64,000 nucleotides of DNA from a virus, in the IMG/VR virus record IMGVR_UViG_3300035698_034576, positions 1 through 64,000 of that record. One strand, given 5' to 3'. Shown here in pieces: positions 29,703 through 39,243 of this stretch; position 1 is the first letter of the stretch, and every line of letters starts with the position of its first letter. The notes under the pieces were generated by a model, which was given only the letters and a program-made list of their open reading frames with translations, was not told the DNA's origin and did no database searches. The translations under genes and the position numbers were made by a program.

Positions 29703-29894
29703 ATGGAAACGCAACAAGAAAATTATGCTGACGACTTTGATGACATTGAGGATGATTTTGATGAAGAAGATTATTTGGAATGGACACACGAAGAAGAACA
29801 GCAGATCGCCCTAAACTGCGAATGCGGAGCTTAGGGTCTTGGCAAATATAGAGCAGTTTATCACGTTGCTGACTGCTGCTGTGGAGCTGAATAA
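29703..29894 (+). pseudogene. acidic, Cys-rich small protein with in-frame TAG at 29832
   Basis: METQQENYADDFDD...NCECGA*GLGKYRAVYHVADCCCGAE*. Confidence 0.6.
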
Positions 29895-29979
29895 ACACTT
29901 AAATAAGAAATCTGCTAATTAACAAAAACGGTAAAATACTTAAATAGCGCTAACGTAAATAATAAACACAGTAAAAGAC

Positions 29980-30258
29980 ATGAAAGAGAAAATAATACAA
30001 ATAAGTAAAGACCTTGAAAAAGGAAGCTCTCTTTGTGGAGGGGATTTTGAGAACGAATTGAAAGCGACTTATGTGAACCTTAGACAAGTTTCCTCCGTTT
30101 CAGGAAGGGAAAAGTTGACTCTACCCTTATCCGGAAATTTTGTTGGATACTACTCTATTGTGAGCATGGGGAATGGTGATAATTTTTACATTGGAGAAAA
30201 AGAAGGGATTGAGCTGATCAGCATTATTGCTCCAACTGAGCACTCTTCTAACATTTAG
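29980..30258 (+). CDS. hypothetical protein
   Basis: ORF. Confidence 0.6.
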   Translation: MKEKIIQISKDLEKGSSLCGGDFENELKATYVNLRQVSSVSGREKLTLPLSGNFVGYYSIVSMGNGDNFYIGEKEGIELISIIAPTEHSSNI

Positions 30259-30354
30259 GTTTAAAAAGAAATTTATTTAAAAGTTAAGAAAAATTTTTTA
30301 TATAGTAAATTTTGAGTATCTTTACAGCAGATTAACAATTTAAAAATTTGTGAG

Positions 30355-30528
30355 ATGGAAAAAGACTTAAAGAAAAAACCTGAAAAAGAGAGACTTTCCT
30401 ACTTTTGCTCTGCTTGCGATGGTACAACTTATGATGTGGACTATTGTGATAATCCAAGCTGCCCAAACCAACCTTGCTGTGGAAAGCCAAAAAAAGATTG
30501 TCACTGCTACGAAAAAGATCCATCATGA
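30355..30528 (+). CDS. 57-aa Cys-rich protein
   Basis: 8 Cys; directly after class I promoter variant and leader repeat. Confidence 0.7.
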   Translation: MEKDLKKKPEKERLSYFCSACDGTTYDVDYCDNPSCPNQPCCGKPKKDCHCYEKDPS

Positions 30529-32017
30529 AGTACCTACTGACGACAATAATCCTGATTTCAATCTTTCTACTAGCGGCCTATTCTCATGATAGTCACACGA
30601 AAGAGATGAAGAGGTTTGACGAGATAGAGTACAAACTAGATAAATTCATCAACGCTGATTCCTTGAGAACAGAGCACTACCGCACTTGTACTTTTTCAAG
30701 TTGGGAAAATGTAGGAATTGGCTTTGATGGATATTATTATGACATAAACTACAGAAATCTTCATGGAAGAGAATAAAAAACAAATTATGCCAAAAGAATT
30801 AACATTTGACGAGTGGTTTTCTTTGAATGAGGAATTGCTCTGGGTAAGAGCTGGAGATTCCGGAGCTACTGGTGAACTTGATTTTGACTGGGAAGACTTT
30901 ATCTGGGATGAATGGGAAAAGTATCAAAATAAAAAAACAATGAGGAAAGTGTTTATAATAGGAGACACACATCAAACTGACATTGACAAATTGTTAAAAA
31001 ATAATCCAGATGTTGAAATAGTCAGGATTTATAGTCCGAGTAATGTTCCATTAAACGAAACATTTACCTTAACAAGAATACCTGATTTTGAAACTCCTAT
31101 AATTCTCAAACAAAATCATAAAAGACCATATAAATTTCATAAATAAAAACTACAATGAATACACTTAAAGCAGTACCTAATGAAAATTGGTTTAAAGTAG
31201 AGCAAGGATTTGTTCTCGTTAGTGATGAGAAACCTAATCCTAAAATCATAGGTAATAAAAAGATAATGTGTCTTTATCCCCCTGAATTTTCTGATCAGAT
31301 TTATAAGACTTTAGTTGGGTTAGCTAAAAATAAATATCAGTTGAAGGAGTTTTCAGCTTTTGATAGCTATATCAAAGAGGAGGGCTATTGGAAAAATGAT
31401 TTTGATTTATGGTGGGATATAGAGAATCACTTCATTTTCTGGAGATCAGGGGAGCTTAATAATGATATAATATCATGCTTCAAAAAGATTGAATAAGGAC
31501 ACTAATCAAGCTTCCCCAGCAGTTTGGTTTGCTGAGGAACTACATTTAAACATCAATCCAATAAAATGAAAGATAAAAAATACGGTAAACCTTACACTAT
31601 ACATGGAATCAGTTACCACTTTCACCCCGATTTGGACTATGACAAAGCAGAAGCCTACTTAAAGGAAATAGGTGAATGGGATTATGTAAGTACCCACGGA
31701 TTCAGTGTGGATGGATGGAGCATTATAGCATCAGCAAACAGCATTTGGGATGAACGAAATAAAAATTCAACAAAATGAAAGATAAAAAATATGATTTGAA
31801 CCTATATCAAGCCCTTGAAATAGTGGTGAAAGGTGGGGCTGTCAGAGGGGATGACTTTGCAGACGGAATCTTCTTGAAGCTAAATTCCTATGGACAATTG
31901 ATAACTATGCATGCTGGTAGAACATATCTTGAAAATGTCAATGTATTTCTTAGAGGCATGGCCAAACAGAAGTTCAGAAGTCTATCTGCTATAGAAATAA
32001 AGGACCTAGTCCCTTAA
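30525..32017 (+). other. run of small hypothetical CDSs (30525-30776, 30763-31146, 31155-31496, 31566-31778, 31775-32017)
   Basis: Tightly packed + strand ORFs with A-rich leaders; first has an N-terminal hydrophobic segment. Confidence 0.65.
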
Positions 32018-32075
32018 AAATATTTTTTAGATGAGCTAGGTCTTCCTATCTTTACTGTGAACTAAAAATAAAAGC

Positions 32076-32420
32076 ATGAAAAAAATACCGCAATTTCTAA
32101 TTCAAAAAATAATGATGGGATTAATCATCTTCTTATGGATTGGTTTTTTATTGAGTATGGTTGTAGGGAGAGAGGCTTTATGCTCTGATAAAGGATTTTC
32201 AATGAAAGCAAGGGTAGAGGTTGTTCAATCAAACCCAGACCTTAGGGTTCAAATAGTTCAATCAAACCCCGACTGGAGAATAAAGATTGTTGAGAATGAT
32301 CCATTTGAGTGTGGAGAATGGAGGATTGTCACTTCTCTTCCAGATATTAGGATTCAATATGTAACATCAAATCCTGACATTCGAGTCAAATTTGTAAGTG
32401 CAAACCCAGGAAAAGAATAA
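32076..32420 (+). CDS. secreted/anchored repeat protein resembling the 7_1-knot family
   Basis: TM/signal, then repeats V..SNPD.RV and CGEWRIV. Confidence 0.6.
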   Translation: MKKIPQFLIQKIMMGLIIFLWIGFLLSMVVGREALCSDKGFSMKARVEVVQSNPDLRVQIVQSNPDWRIKIVENDPFECGEWRIVTSLPDIRIQYVTSNPDIRVKFVSANPGKE

Positions 32421-32570
32421 ATATGTTTGTTTCAATTTTGATTGTAGGAATTTGTCTATTCGGAATATTCAAAATGTTCTCTAAAAGTAAAAAAGATTAT
32501 TAAGCACAAACCTTAAAAAAGACCACAGAGGCAATGCTTTATGAGCCGTTGTTGTGTGGCGTTATTTACT

Positions 32571-32807
32571 ATGGAAGATTTAATAACACTACTAGCTAAA
32601 GGGAAACAGGTTACTGATGAGCATATTAAAGTTGAATTATATGAGATCTGCGATAGAGTGCATAGTAGGTGCGATAGCGAATGCCCTGTTTTCCGACTTA
32701 ATGGGAATAAAGTGCCTGATACTGCAAAAGATTTCAATAAAAATAGAGGCTGCGACTGCTTTAAAAACGGAGCTAATATGCTCGATTTTATTCGTAATGC
32801 CACATAA
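32571..32807 (+). CDS. cassette gene 1, Cys-rich hypothetical protein
   Basis: MEDLITLL...CDRVH..C..ECP...GCDCFKNG; stop codon lies inside CACATAAC. Confidence 0.75.
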   Translation: MEDLITLLAKGKQVTDEHIKVELYEICDRVHSRCDSECPVFRLNGNKVPDTAKDFNKNRGCDCFKNGANMLDFIRNAT

Positions 32808-32872
32808 CGGAATAGGACTTGTTATGGTTTCGTGCTTTGTTAATCAGATTATTAAACTAAAAATAAAATAAA

Positions 32873-33082
32873 ATGGAATACAATTTTAAATCAAGACCAA
32901 CAGGGAAATCATTTTCAGAAATGATTCAATTAAAATTTAATATTTTAAAAGGATTAAATTGTGCTGTTGTAACGCTTAACCCAGAAAAAACCAAAAGGGA
33001 CTTTAAATACATGACAGGGTCATCGTTAAAATTAGACCTAAGAAAAGATACTAAAGATGTGTACAACGCTTTTTTAGCATGA
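32873..33082 (+). CDS. cassette gene 2, hypothetical protein
   Basis: MEYNFKSRPTGKS...; stop directly before CCATAAC. Confidence 0.7.
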   Translation: MEYNFKSRPTGKSFSEMIQLKFNILKGLNCAVVTLNPEKTKRDFKYMTGSSLKLDLRKDTKDVYNAFLA

Positions 33083-33083
33083 A

Positions 33084-33175
33084 CCATAACGGTTGAGGCT
33101 AAGAGCAATTGCCTTGTAAATACTACTCAATTAATCAGAAATGCTGATGGCAATTGCTTTTAGCCTTTGTTATAA
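33084..33175. repeat. attC-like imperfect palindrome (92 nt)
   Basis: CCATAAC-GGTTG-AGGCTAAGAGCAATTGCC / 35-nt loop / GGCAATTGCTTTTAGCCT-TT-GTTATAA; inner arms match 17/18. Confidence 0.8.
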
Positions 33176-33187
33176 AACGTTTTTATT

Positions 33188-33358
33188 ATGGAACTTACAG
33201 ACAGAGAATTAGCCCTAAGATGGTGGAATAGAAAACCCATTCAAGAAAGAACTGAACTTGCAAAACAAGCAAAAATTCCAGTGGAAAATAGAGATTATAA
33301 TACATTGACAGGTAATGAAATTGAATGGATTTGGCGTAACCAACCGTACAACTCTTAA
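33188..33358 (+). CDS. cassette gene 3, 56-aa hypothetical protein
   Basis: MELTDRELALRWWN...LTGNEIEWIWRNQPYNS*; not in ORF track. Confidence 0.7.
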   Translation: MELTDRELALRWWNRKPIQERTELAKQAKIPVENRDYNTLTGNEIEWIWRNQPYNS

Positions 33359-33401
33359 ATGTTTTATAACGTAAGGATATACGCAACTCTAAATTAATAA
33401 A

Positions 33402-33812
33402 ATGAAACTACAAATAAAAATTCTCAAAAACACTCCTTTTGATAAAGCAGGGACAGTCTTAAATATTTACGACTTTAGGCTGAAGTATTCTTATTTTGCA
33501 ACTAAAGACGCTACGGATGATGAAGTGTTTGATCACATACTTAGCTTTAATGCTGAACCTGTAGGTACGGTGGATAAATGGTTTGAAGCTGTACGCGAAA
33601 ATGGTAAACTTCCCTTAGAAGTAATTATCAACGGAGTGTTGTACGTGAAGCAGCTCGATGGTTCGTATTATTCATTCTTAGTTGATTCAGAGATAAAATC
33701 TTGTGATAAAATCGGAGTGCATAGTATAACTTATGTTGAAAGTCTTTTTAAAAACACTAAGCACAAAAAAGAAGTTCTTTATTGTACTTCAAACATATAT
33801 AAAAAACTGTAG
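33402..33812 (+). CDS. hypothetical protein
   Basis: ORF. Confidence 0.65.
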   Translation: MKLQIKILKNTPFDKAGTVLNIYDFRLKYSYFATKDATDDEVFDHILSFNAEPVGTVDKWFEAVRENGKLPLEVIINGVLYVKQLDGSYYSFLVDSEIKSCDKIGVHSITYVESLFKNTKHKKEVLYCTSNIYKKL

Positions 33813-33813
33813 C

Positions 33814-34066
33814 ATGAAAAAAAATAAATGCAGAAATCGTAGCAGACAGTATTAACCTTAAAGGAGATAGAATTACTTCTTATCTGCTTACTTACCCAAG
33901 ATTTATCCATGGTGAAGTTTTAACCCACAGAATGTTTGGTCGAAACTCTGCATCAAGTAGAGCAATACCATTTAAGAAAATGGTTAAAATGGTAGAAGAA
34001 GATCCTTTTATTCCTTCTCTCAACAAACACAATTGCAGCAAAAAGAGCTCTTTCCTTGATTTTTGA
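33814..34066 (+). pseudogene. thyX: truncated FAD-dependent thymidylate synthase
   Basis: Frame from 33824: IVADSI...YPRFIHGEVLTHRMFGRNSASSRAIP...DPFIP; A8 run puts ATG 33814 out of frame; similarity lost near 34015. Confidence 0.8.
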
Positions 34067-34316
34067 CAATCAAACACAAGATGAACAGTCTTCGGAATCA
34101 ACAAGAGAGCAGAATGGGATAGGATTCACCGGAACTGATGCTAACATTCTATCAAGCTTTTGTAAGCAACTTTCCGAAAGAGGCCACTTGTCTTCCAAGC
34201 AAATGGAAATTCTTTTAAAAAAAATGCCAAAGTACTGGAAGCAGATCCTTTCCTTGAGCGATGTTGAGAAGCTAAATTCAATGGTAGTAAATTACATTCC
34301 CCAAGAAACCGCATAA
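34014..34316 (+). pseudogene. 5'-truncated paralog of ORF 633-998
   Basis: LLSTNTIAAKRALSLIFDNQTQDEQ...KYWKQIL with no ATG of its own. Confidence 0.7.
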
Positions 34317-34329
34317 AAAAATCAATACA

Positions 34330-34458
34330 ATGAATAATAGAAAAAGTATCAATGATTCCCCAAGATTCTTTAGAGTAAAAAAGGGACCAAAAGCAGGTGT
34401 CTATGTAAACAGTTTGGAAAACCGTCGACTAGATAGAGTTGGCAAAAAAAGTAAATAG
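34330..34458 (+). CDS. 42-aa peptide consisting only of the shared tag
   Basis: VKKGPKAGVYVNSLENRRLDRVGKK*. Confidence 0.6.
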   Translation: MNNRKSINDSPRFFRVKKGPKAGVYVNSLENRRLDRVGKKSK

Positions 34459-34702
34459 TTTTGAAAAATATAAAAAACTCTCCTTCTTTGGAGAAAAAAG
34501 TAAGAAAAAAAGAAGCTTCAAAAATTATAAAGATGGCAAAGAACTTGCCTTCCTCTGTTGAAGAAAAGGAGAGAGTGGAGGATCCTTTGATAGAAAGGAG
34601 TGATAACCTAAGTGTTTTTCTACAAGCTCACCAGAAGAGGCAATCGAATCAATTGTTACAGCCCTTTTAAGACTTACTAAAGATAAGCTCTAAAATCTTT
34701 GC

Positions 34703-34744
34703 AATCCCATCCCGTCAGATAGACTAAGGGTGGGATTTTTTTTT
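34703..34744 (+). terminator. intrinsic terminator
   Basis: AATCCCA / TGGGATT stem plus T run. Confidence 0.75.
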
Positions 34745-34870
34745 GCTTAGAGATAGTTTTGAGTAATAATTTTAAAAAAAAGTGAAAAAAAACACTACAA
34801 AAGTTTTTTATATAAGAAATTTTGCTATCTTTACAGTGTAATCAGTGTTAACAATTTAAAAATTTGTACC

Positions 34871-36803
34871 ATGAACATTTCAGAGACTTTATTAAAAGAA
34901 GTAAAAGAGAGCAATATGTATATAATGTTCTGCGACTACGATTCACTTGATGAGGTGTCACTTGAAAAAGCAAATGCAATAAACATAGGATCTTTTGAGC
35001 AAGGGTTAATCCCCCTGGGAACTTTTTTGAAGTGTCCAAAGAAAAAAGAAGTGACTTTAGAGTGGATAATGAACAAAGTCAACAGAGACAGTTATTTTGT
35101 CAACCTAAGCCAAATAATTAAAAAGGCTTTGAATATAGACGGACTGTCAGTTTACCCCACCTCTTATGGAGTAGGTTTTTTCCGGCTGTTTGGAATGAAT
35201 AAAAAAGAAGTTGACAGAGTTCATAATTTCTTCAAAGAAAATGGTATTGAATACCGAAATGAGCTTTCCGATGCAAGATATGTATATCGATTCAAAGTAT
35301 CAAAATCAAGGGATAATATAGAAAAATTAAAAAATATTAAAAAAAGTAGCTAAAAGTTTTTTATATAAGAAATTTTGTTATCTTTACAGTGTAATCAATG
35401 TTAATAATTTAAAAGTTTGTACCATGAAAAATTATTCAGTGGAATCAACAGAAAAAGCCCTGTTAAGAAAAGGCTTTCAACACAATGGTGGAAATAGTGG
35501 AATTGAATATTTCGGAAATGAAGAGCACTTTAATGAGGCGAATGTGTGCTCGCATTTCATTTATCACCACAATAACGGCCACTCTACCATAATGGCAACA
35601 GTTGAGAATTCGTTCAAAAATGGAAAGAGCTTTGCCACTATAAATGGAATTCACCCTGTTGAATGGTTTGAATCAGTTAAGAATGACATAAGCTAAAATT
35701 AAAGCCATGAAGACAAAAATCGAAATGATGCAAAAAGAGTTGACTGAACGCATGCTGATGCCATTGTTTGAAATACCAGCTATAAATATGGAAGATGGGA
35801 GTGAAAATTGGATATTGTTCGATGTATCCATTAGTCGAAATTCTATCTTTGCTCAACATATTGCCTTATCCTCAAAAGAGGAAAAGAGCAAAAAAATAGC
35901 TTACAAATCCATTCCCATTGACACGGATTTCTGTTTAGACCATCACTTAGAGCAATTGTATGAGCTTTGTATAGATGGCATAATTGAAGGAGACCTGTAC
36001 AGACTGCAATAAAACTTAAAAACCATGAAAAACATAACCACAACTGATAGCTATTCCAAGCAGTTAATATTAAAAGCCCATTTCAATCTTACTAATAAAG
36101 CCGGGAGACCAGAATATTCTCCTACTTCAACGGAAATTCAATCTGAAATTGATAAGATTATAAGTGGAAACAAAAGAGCTGACAGAGATTCAATAGCTGA
36201 TTTTTTCCAAACTGATGATTTGACAACCTATAGAATTTTGCAAAATTTAAGCTGGGGATTCTTTTTAAACCATTTTGGAGAAAATGCTAAAGCCTATTGG
36301 GATAAAGCTCACCCATTCTTTTATCCTGGAAGTGCTTCAAAGGACTACCATTCATTTAGCCTTTTGTTTATTTTGGACCATTTTGATTTATTTTCAAAAT
36401 CCCAATTTTGGACCAGCGCGGGCTGGAAGTTTAACCCAAACATAAAAAAAATGGTTTGGACTTATAATTCCGGCTATTCAAACATCACCATATAAAATTC
36501 AAGACAATGAAAACAAAAATTCCTAAATCAGTAAGAGACTCTATTGAAGAAATAAACGAAATGTTGCCAAAGATTCATGAAGCAGATGAATTTCCTTGTA
36601 GCTACTTTGGAGGCACCTGGCCAATTTATACAGGAATGACAAAGCCGATTGAAATTAAAAATCAGTTTGTTTATATCCGAGCCAACTCCGCTCATGGGAA
36701 TATTGGGCCGGAAAGATTTAACTGTAATGATGAATATCAAGTTGATTCATTGAAATTCCACCTTAAACACATCAAGCAGTCTTATAAAAAAGTTTTGAAG
36801 TAG
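34871..36803 (+). other. early small-gene cluster (34871-35353, 35424-35696, 35707-36012, 36025-36495, 36507-36803)
   Basis: ORFs behind class I promoters at about 34800 and 35353. Confidence 0.75.
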
Positions 36804-36860
36804 CAAATTAAAGTAATTTAGAAAAGGGTTAGTTTCAATATCAATCTTACTAAATTTTGT

Positions 36861-36874
36861 TATATTTATTAAAA
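36861..36874 (+). promoter_or_regulatory. putative late promoter (class III)
   Basis: TATATTTA(A/T)TAAA, also at 40236, 50954, 55739, 58518, 60167, ahead of structural, tagged or lysis genes. Confidence 0.65.
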
Positions 36875-36883
36875 ATAATTGAA

Positions 36884-37168
36884 ATGATTTATAAAAACGA
36901 AAGCATTCTAAAATCTTTTGGGATTGATATTGAAAAAGGAGGAAAGAAAACTGGTGTTTATGCTGACACCCACGAAAACAGAAAAGCTGGAAAAGTTGGA
37001 CAAAGTTACTTTAAAGAAAAAGAAGCCTCAAAAACTTCAACAAAGGGCCAAGATGAAGCATTTAAGCTTATCAACAATCTTCGCTCTAGTACTTTTAAAA
37101 ATCTAAATGATGATGAGCTGTTTGAATTTAGAAAACAGATGGCAAATTATCTTGATCTGAAAATGTAA
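36884..37168 (+). CDS. tagged putative head-packaged protein
   Basis: ILKSFGIDIEKGGKKTGVYADTHENRKAGKVGQSY. Confidence 0.75.
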   Translation: MIYKNESILKSFGIDIEKGGKKTGVYADTHENRKAGKVGQSYFKEKEASKTSTKGQDEAFKLINNLRSSTFKNLNDDELFEFRKQMANYLDLKM

Positions 37169-37990
37169 ATGAGCCTTAATAAGAATAACATATTGAAATC
37201 GTTTATTATCCCGGACCTCAATAAGGGGATAAAAACAGGTATTTATCTTGATACTCCCGAAAATCGAAAAAAGGGACGTGTGGGAATGAAGTATATAAAA
37301 GATAGTGTTTTGTATTATGATCAAAAACAAAACAAGCACATCTTTCGTGAGGTATTAGAAAATGAAAATGCAAAACACGATATACATTTATCTGGAGAAG
37401 AAAAAGTCCAGTACAATAAATTGTTTTTAGAAGGATCTCTTATCCGTCCAGCAAAAGGATATGGATTTTCAGGACTAAAGGAAAGTGATACAAAGAATTT
37501 AAAAATGTATCTAGCTAGCTATTGGCAAAACTACATGCCAAGTAAAACTGTTTCAAAAGAAGAGAATCTGAGAAAAGTTCCCTCTATGGTTAGAAGACTA
37601 AATTCAGTCAAGGAAGAGTACAATGACCAGCTTAAGGCAAAGCCCTGGTTAAAAGACAGTGCATTTGGCACCTTATATAATAGGTATGTAGGGAGAATAG
37701 ATAGTTTGTTAGAAGAGACAGCAGACATTCAAAATAAAGCTAAAGAAACTTTAGATAGTATAGATATTTACAACCAAGAAAAGCATGACCTCGAGGTTAT
37801 GAATAATGAGGAAGTGGATAATAAAATCTATCAACTTAAAGAAAAAGAGAAAGAAGTTTTGGCAGAAAAAAGAAAAAAAGAACTATCAGAAGCTCTCAAG
37901 GGAATAACTGATCCCGATAAAATAAACGAGATCAAAACCTCTTTTGAAATAAGCTGGTACAATGAAGGTCGTAAATATCATGGAGATTAG
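37169..37990 (+). CDS. tagged putative head-packaged protein
   Basis: ILKSF...LNKGIKTGIYLDTPENRKKGRVGMKY. Confidence 0.75.
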   Translation: MSLNKNNILKSFIIPDLNKGIKTGIYLDTPENRKKGRVGMKYIKDSVLYYDQKQNKHIFREVLENENAKHDIHLSGEEKVQYNKLFLEGSLIRPAKGYGFSGLKESDTKNLKMYLASYWQNYMPSKTVSKEENLRKVPSMVRRLNSVKEEYNDQLKAKPWLKDSAFGTLYNRYVGRIDSLLEETADIQNKAKETLDSIDIYNQEKHDLEVMNNEEVDNKIYQLKEKEKEVLAEKRKKELSEALKGITDPDKINEIKTSFEISWYNEGRKYHGD

Positions 37991-38012
37991 TAAAATTAAT
38001 AAAATTAACAAA

Positions 38013-38510
38013 ATGGAACATGTTAGATTAAACATTCTTAAATCCTTCGGAATTTCAGATATTAAAAAAGGTGGAAAGAAGACCGGAGTGTACGAAAACA
38101 CTTCAGAGAACAGAAAGCTTGGCAGAGTCGGCCAAAAATATTCTAAGGAGAAAGATACTCCTGAAAATAGAAAGCTTGGTAGAGCTAGTAAGAATAACCC
38201 TGGGATACAGGGGAATCAATCCTCAAATAAAGCCCCTAGCGACAAGAGAGCCAATGAATTTTTTGGAGAATCTAAGCATGGACAAGCGATAGAGGCTCTA
38301 ATGGATGGAACCTGGAATAGAGGAAAGGCTGAAAAGTATCTTGATGAGGTGAGTAGCGATGATAAGAAGTGGTCAAATATAATGAATAAAATATCTAGCG
38401 ATCTTGGAATAGATTCTTCTAAGCATGACACCTATGGAAGTCAAACAAAGGAGATGATTGATAAAATGGGAGAGCTTTATGAAATTAGAGGTGGAGAGGG
38501 CAAAAAATAA
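38013..38510 (+). CDS. tagged putative head-packaged protein
   Basis: ILKSFG..IKKGGKKTGVYENTSENRKLGRVGQKY plus partial duplicate DTPENRKLGR. Confidence 0.75.
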   Translation: MEHVRLNILKSFGISDIKKGGKKTGVYENTSENRKLGRVGQKYSKEKDTPENRKLGRASKNNPGIQGNQSSNKAPSDKRANEFFGESKHGQAIEALMDGTWNRGKAEKYLDEVSSDDKKWSNIMNKISSDLGIDSSKHDTYGSQTKEMIDKMGELYEIRGGEGKK

Positions 38511-38629
38511 AGCAGCTTCAATAAGCATTGCAGAAAAATTGTAGCTTAAATTTTTTACATTATTTAAAAATCATTATATTTGCTATCTAATTAGTACAAA
38601 CAATTAAACATTAACTAAATGCCATCAAC

Positions 38630-39049
38630 ATGAAAAAATCACGATTTTCGATTCTTTTGGTCGCAATCCTGTCATTGTTTTTCATAACAATGAGTTGTGA
38701 CTCAACTACAAAACCCGAACCGCCTGGAGAAAAGGATGTGTCCATAAATTTAGAAAATTCCTTTTCACAGACAATGGAGGTCCAGACGATGGAAATCAAT
38801 CTTGCTTCCCAGCAATCGCTTGAGGCGGAAATGACCATTGAAACTGTTTTTGAATATGAGAGAGCACTATTTCCCAGCAATTATATTTTATTTCAAGAAA
38901 AAAAGGGAATCGGTTTGCTTTCAGGAGACTTTCAATTTACAAATACTTATACAAAAAAGCTCGCCAGTGTTAATAATGAATCGAAAAATAGGAAGAGAGG
39001 TTGGGATTCATTCCCTTTATCTAAATCAGAAGCAACTTTTCTGTCATAA
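38630..39049 (+). CDS. putative lipoprotein
   Basis: MKKSR, hydrophobic core, ITMS-C; TATATTTG at 38575 upstream. Confidence 0.6.
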   Translation: MKKSRFSILLVAILSLFFITMSCDSTTKPEPPGEKDVSINLENSFSQTMEVQTMEINLASQQSLEAEMTIETVFEYERALFPSNYILFQEKKGIGLLSGDFQFTNTYTKKLASVNNESKNRKRGWDSFPLSKSEATFLS

Positions 39050-39075
39050 TAAATAAAAATTGGTTAAGAAGTGTT

Positions 39076-39111
39076 AGAGGCCAGGATTCACAGTCTGGCC
39101 TCTTTTTTTTT
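39076..39111 (+). terminator. intrinsic terminator
   Basis: AGAGGCCAG / CTGGCCTCT plus T run. Confidence 0.85.
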
Positions 39112-39243
39112 GCTTATAAATAAGAAATAAATTTATTTTTTAAAAAAAAACACTACAAAAGTTTTTTATATCAAAAATTTTGCTATCTTTACAGTGTAAT
39201 TGATAGCAATTACGGAAAATGATTAATTTAAAACATTTGTAAA

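Larger units (their letters stand above)
32530..33390 (+). mobile_element. array of three integron-like gene cassettes (CALIN-like)
   Basis: Each gene is flanked by its own GTT-starting and AAC-ending complementary 14-15-mers; one complete attC-like hairpin at 33084-33175. Confidence 0.75.

Noticed and set aside
33096-33170. Palindrome read as a simple terminator
   Set aside because: 35-nt loop, no real U tract, and AAC/GTT ends matching the cassette pattern.
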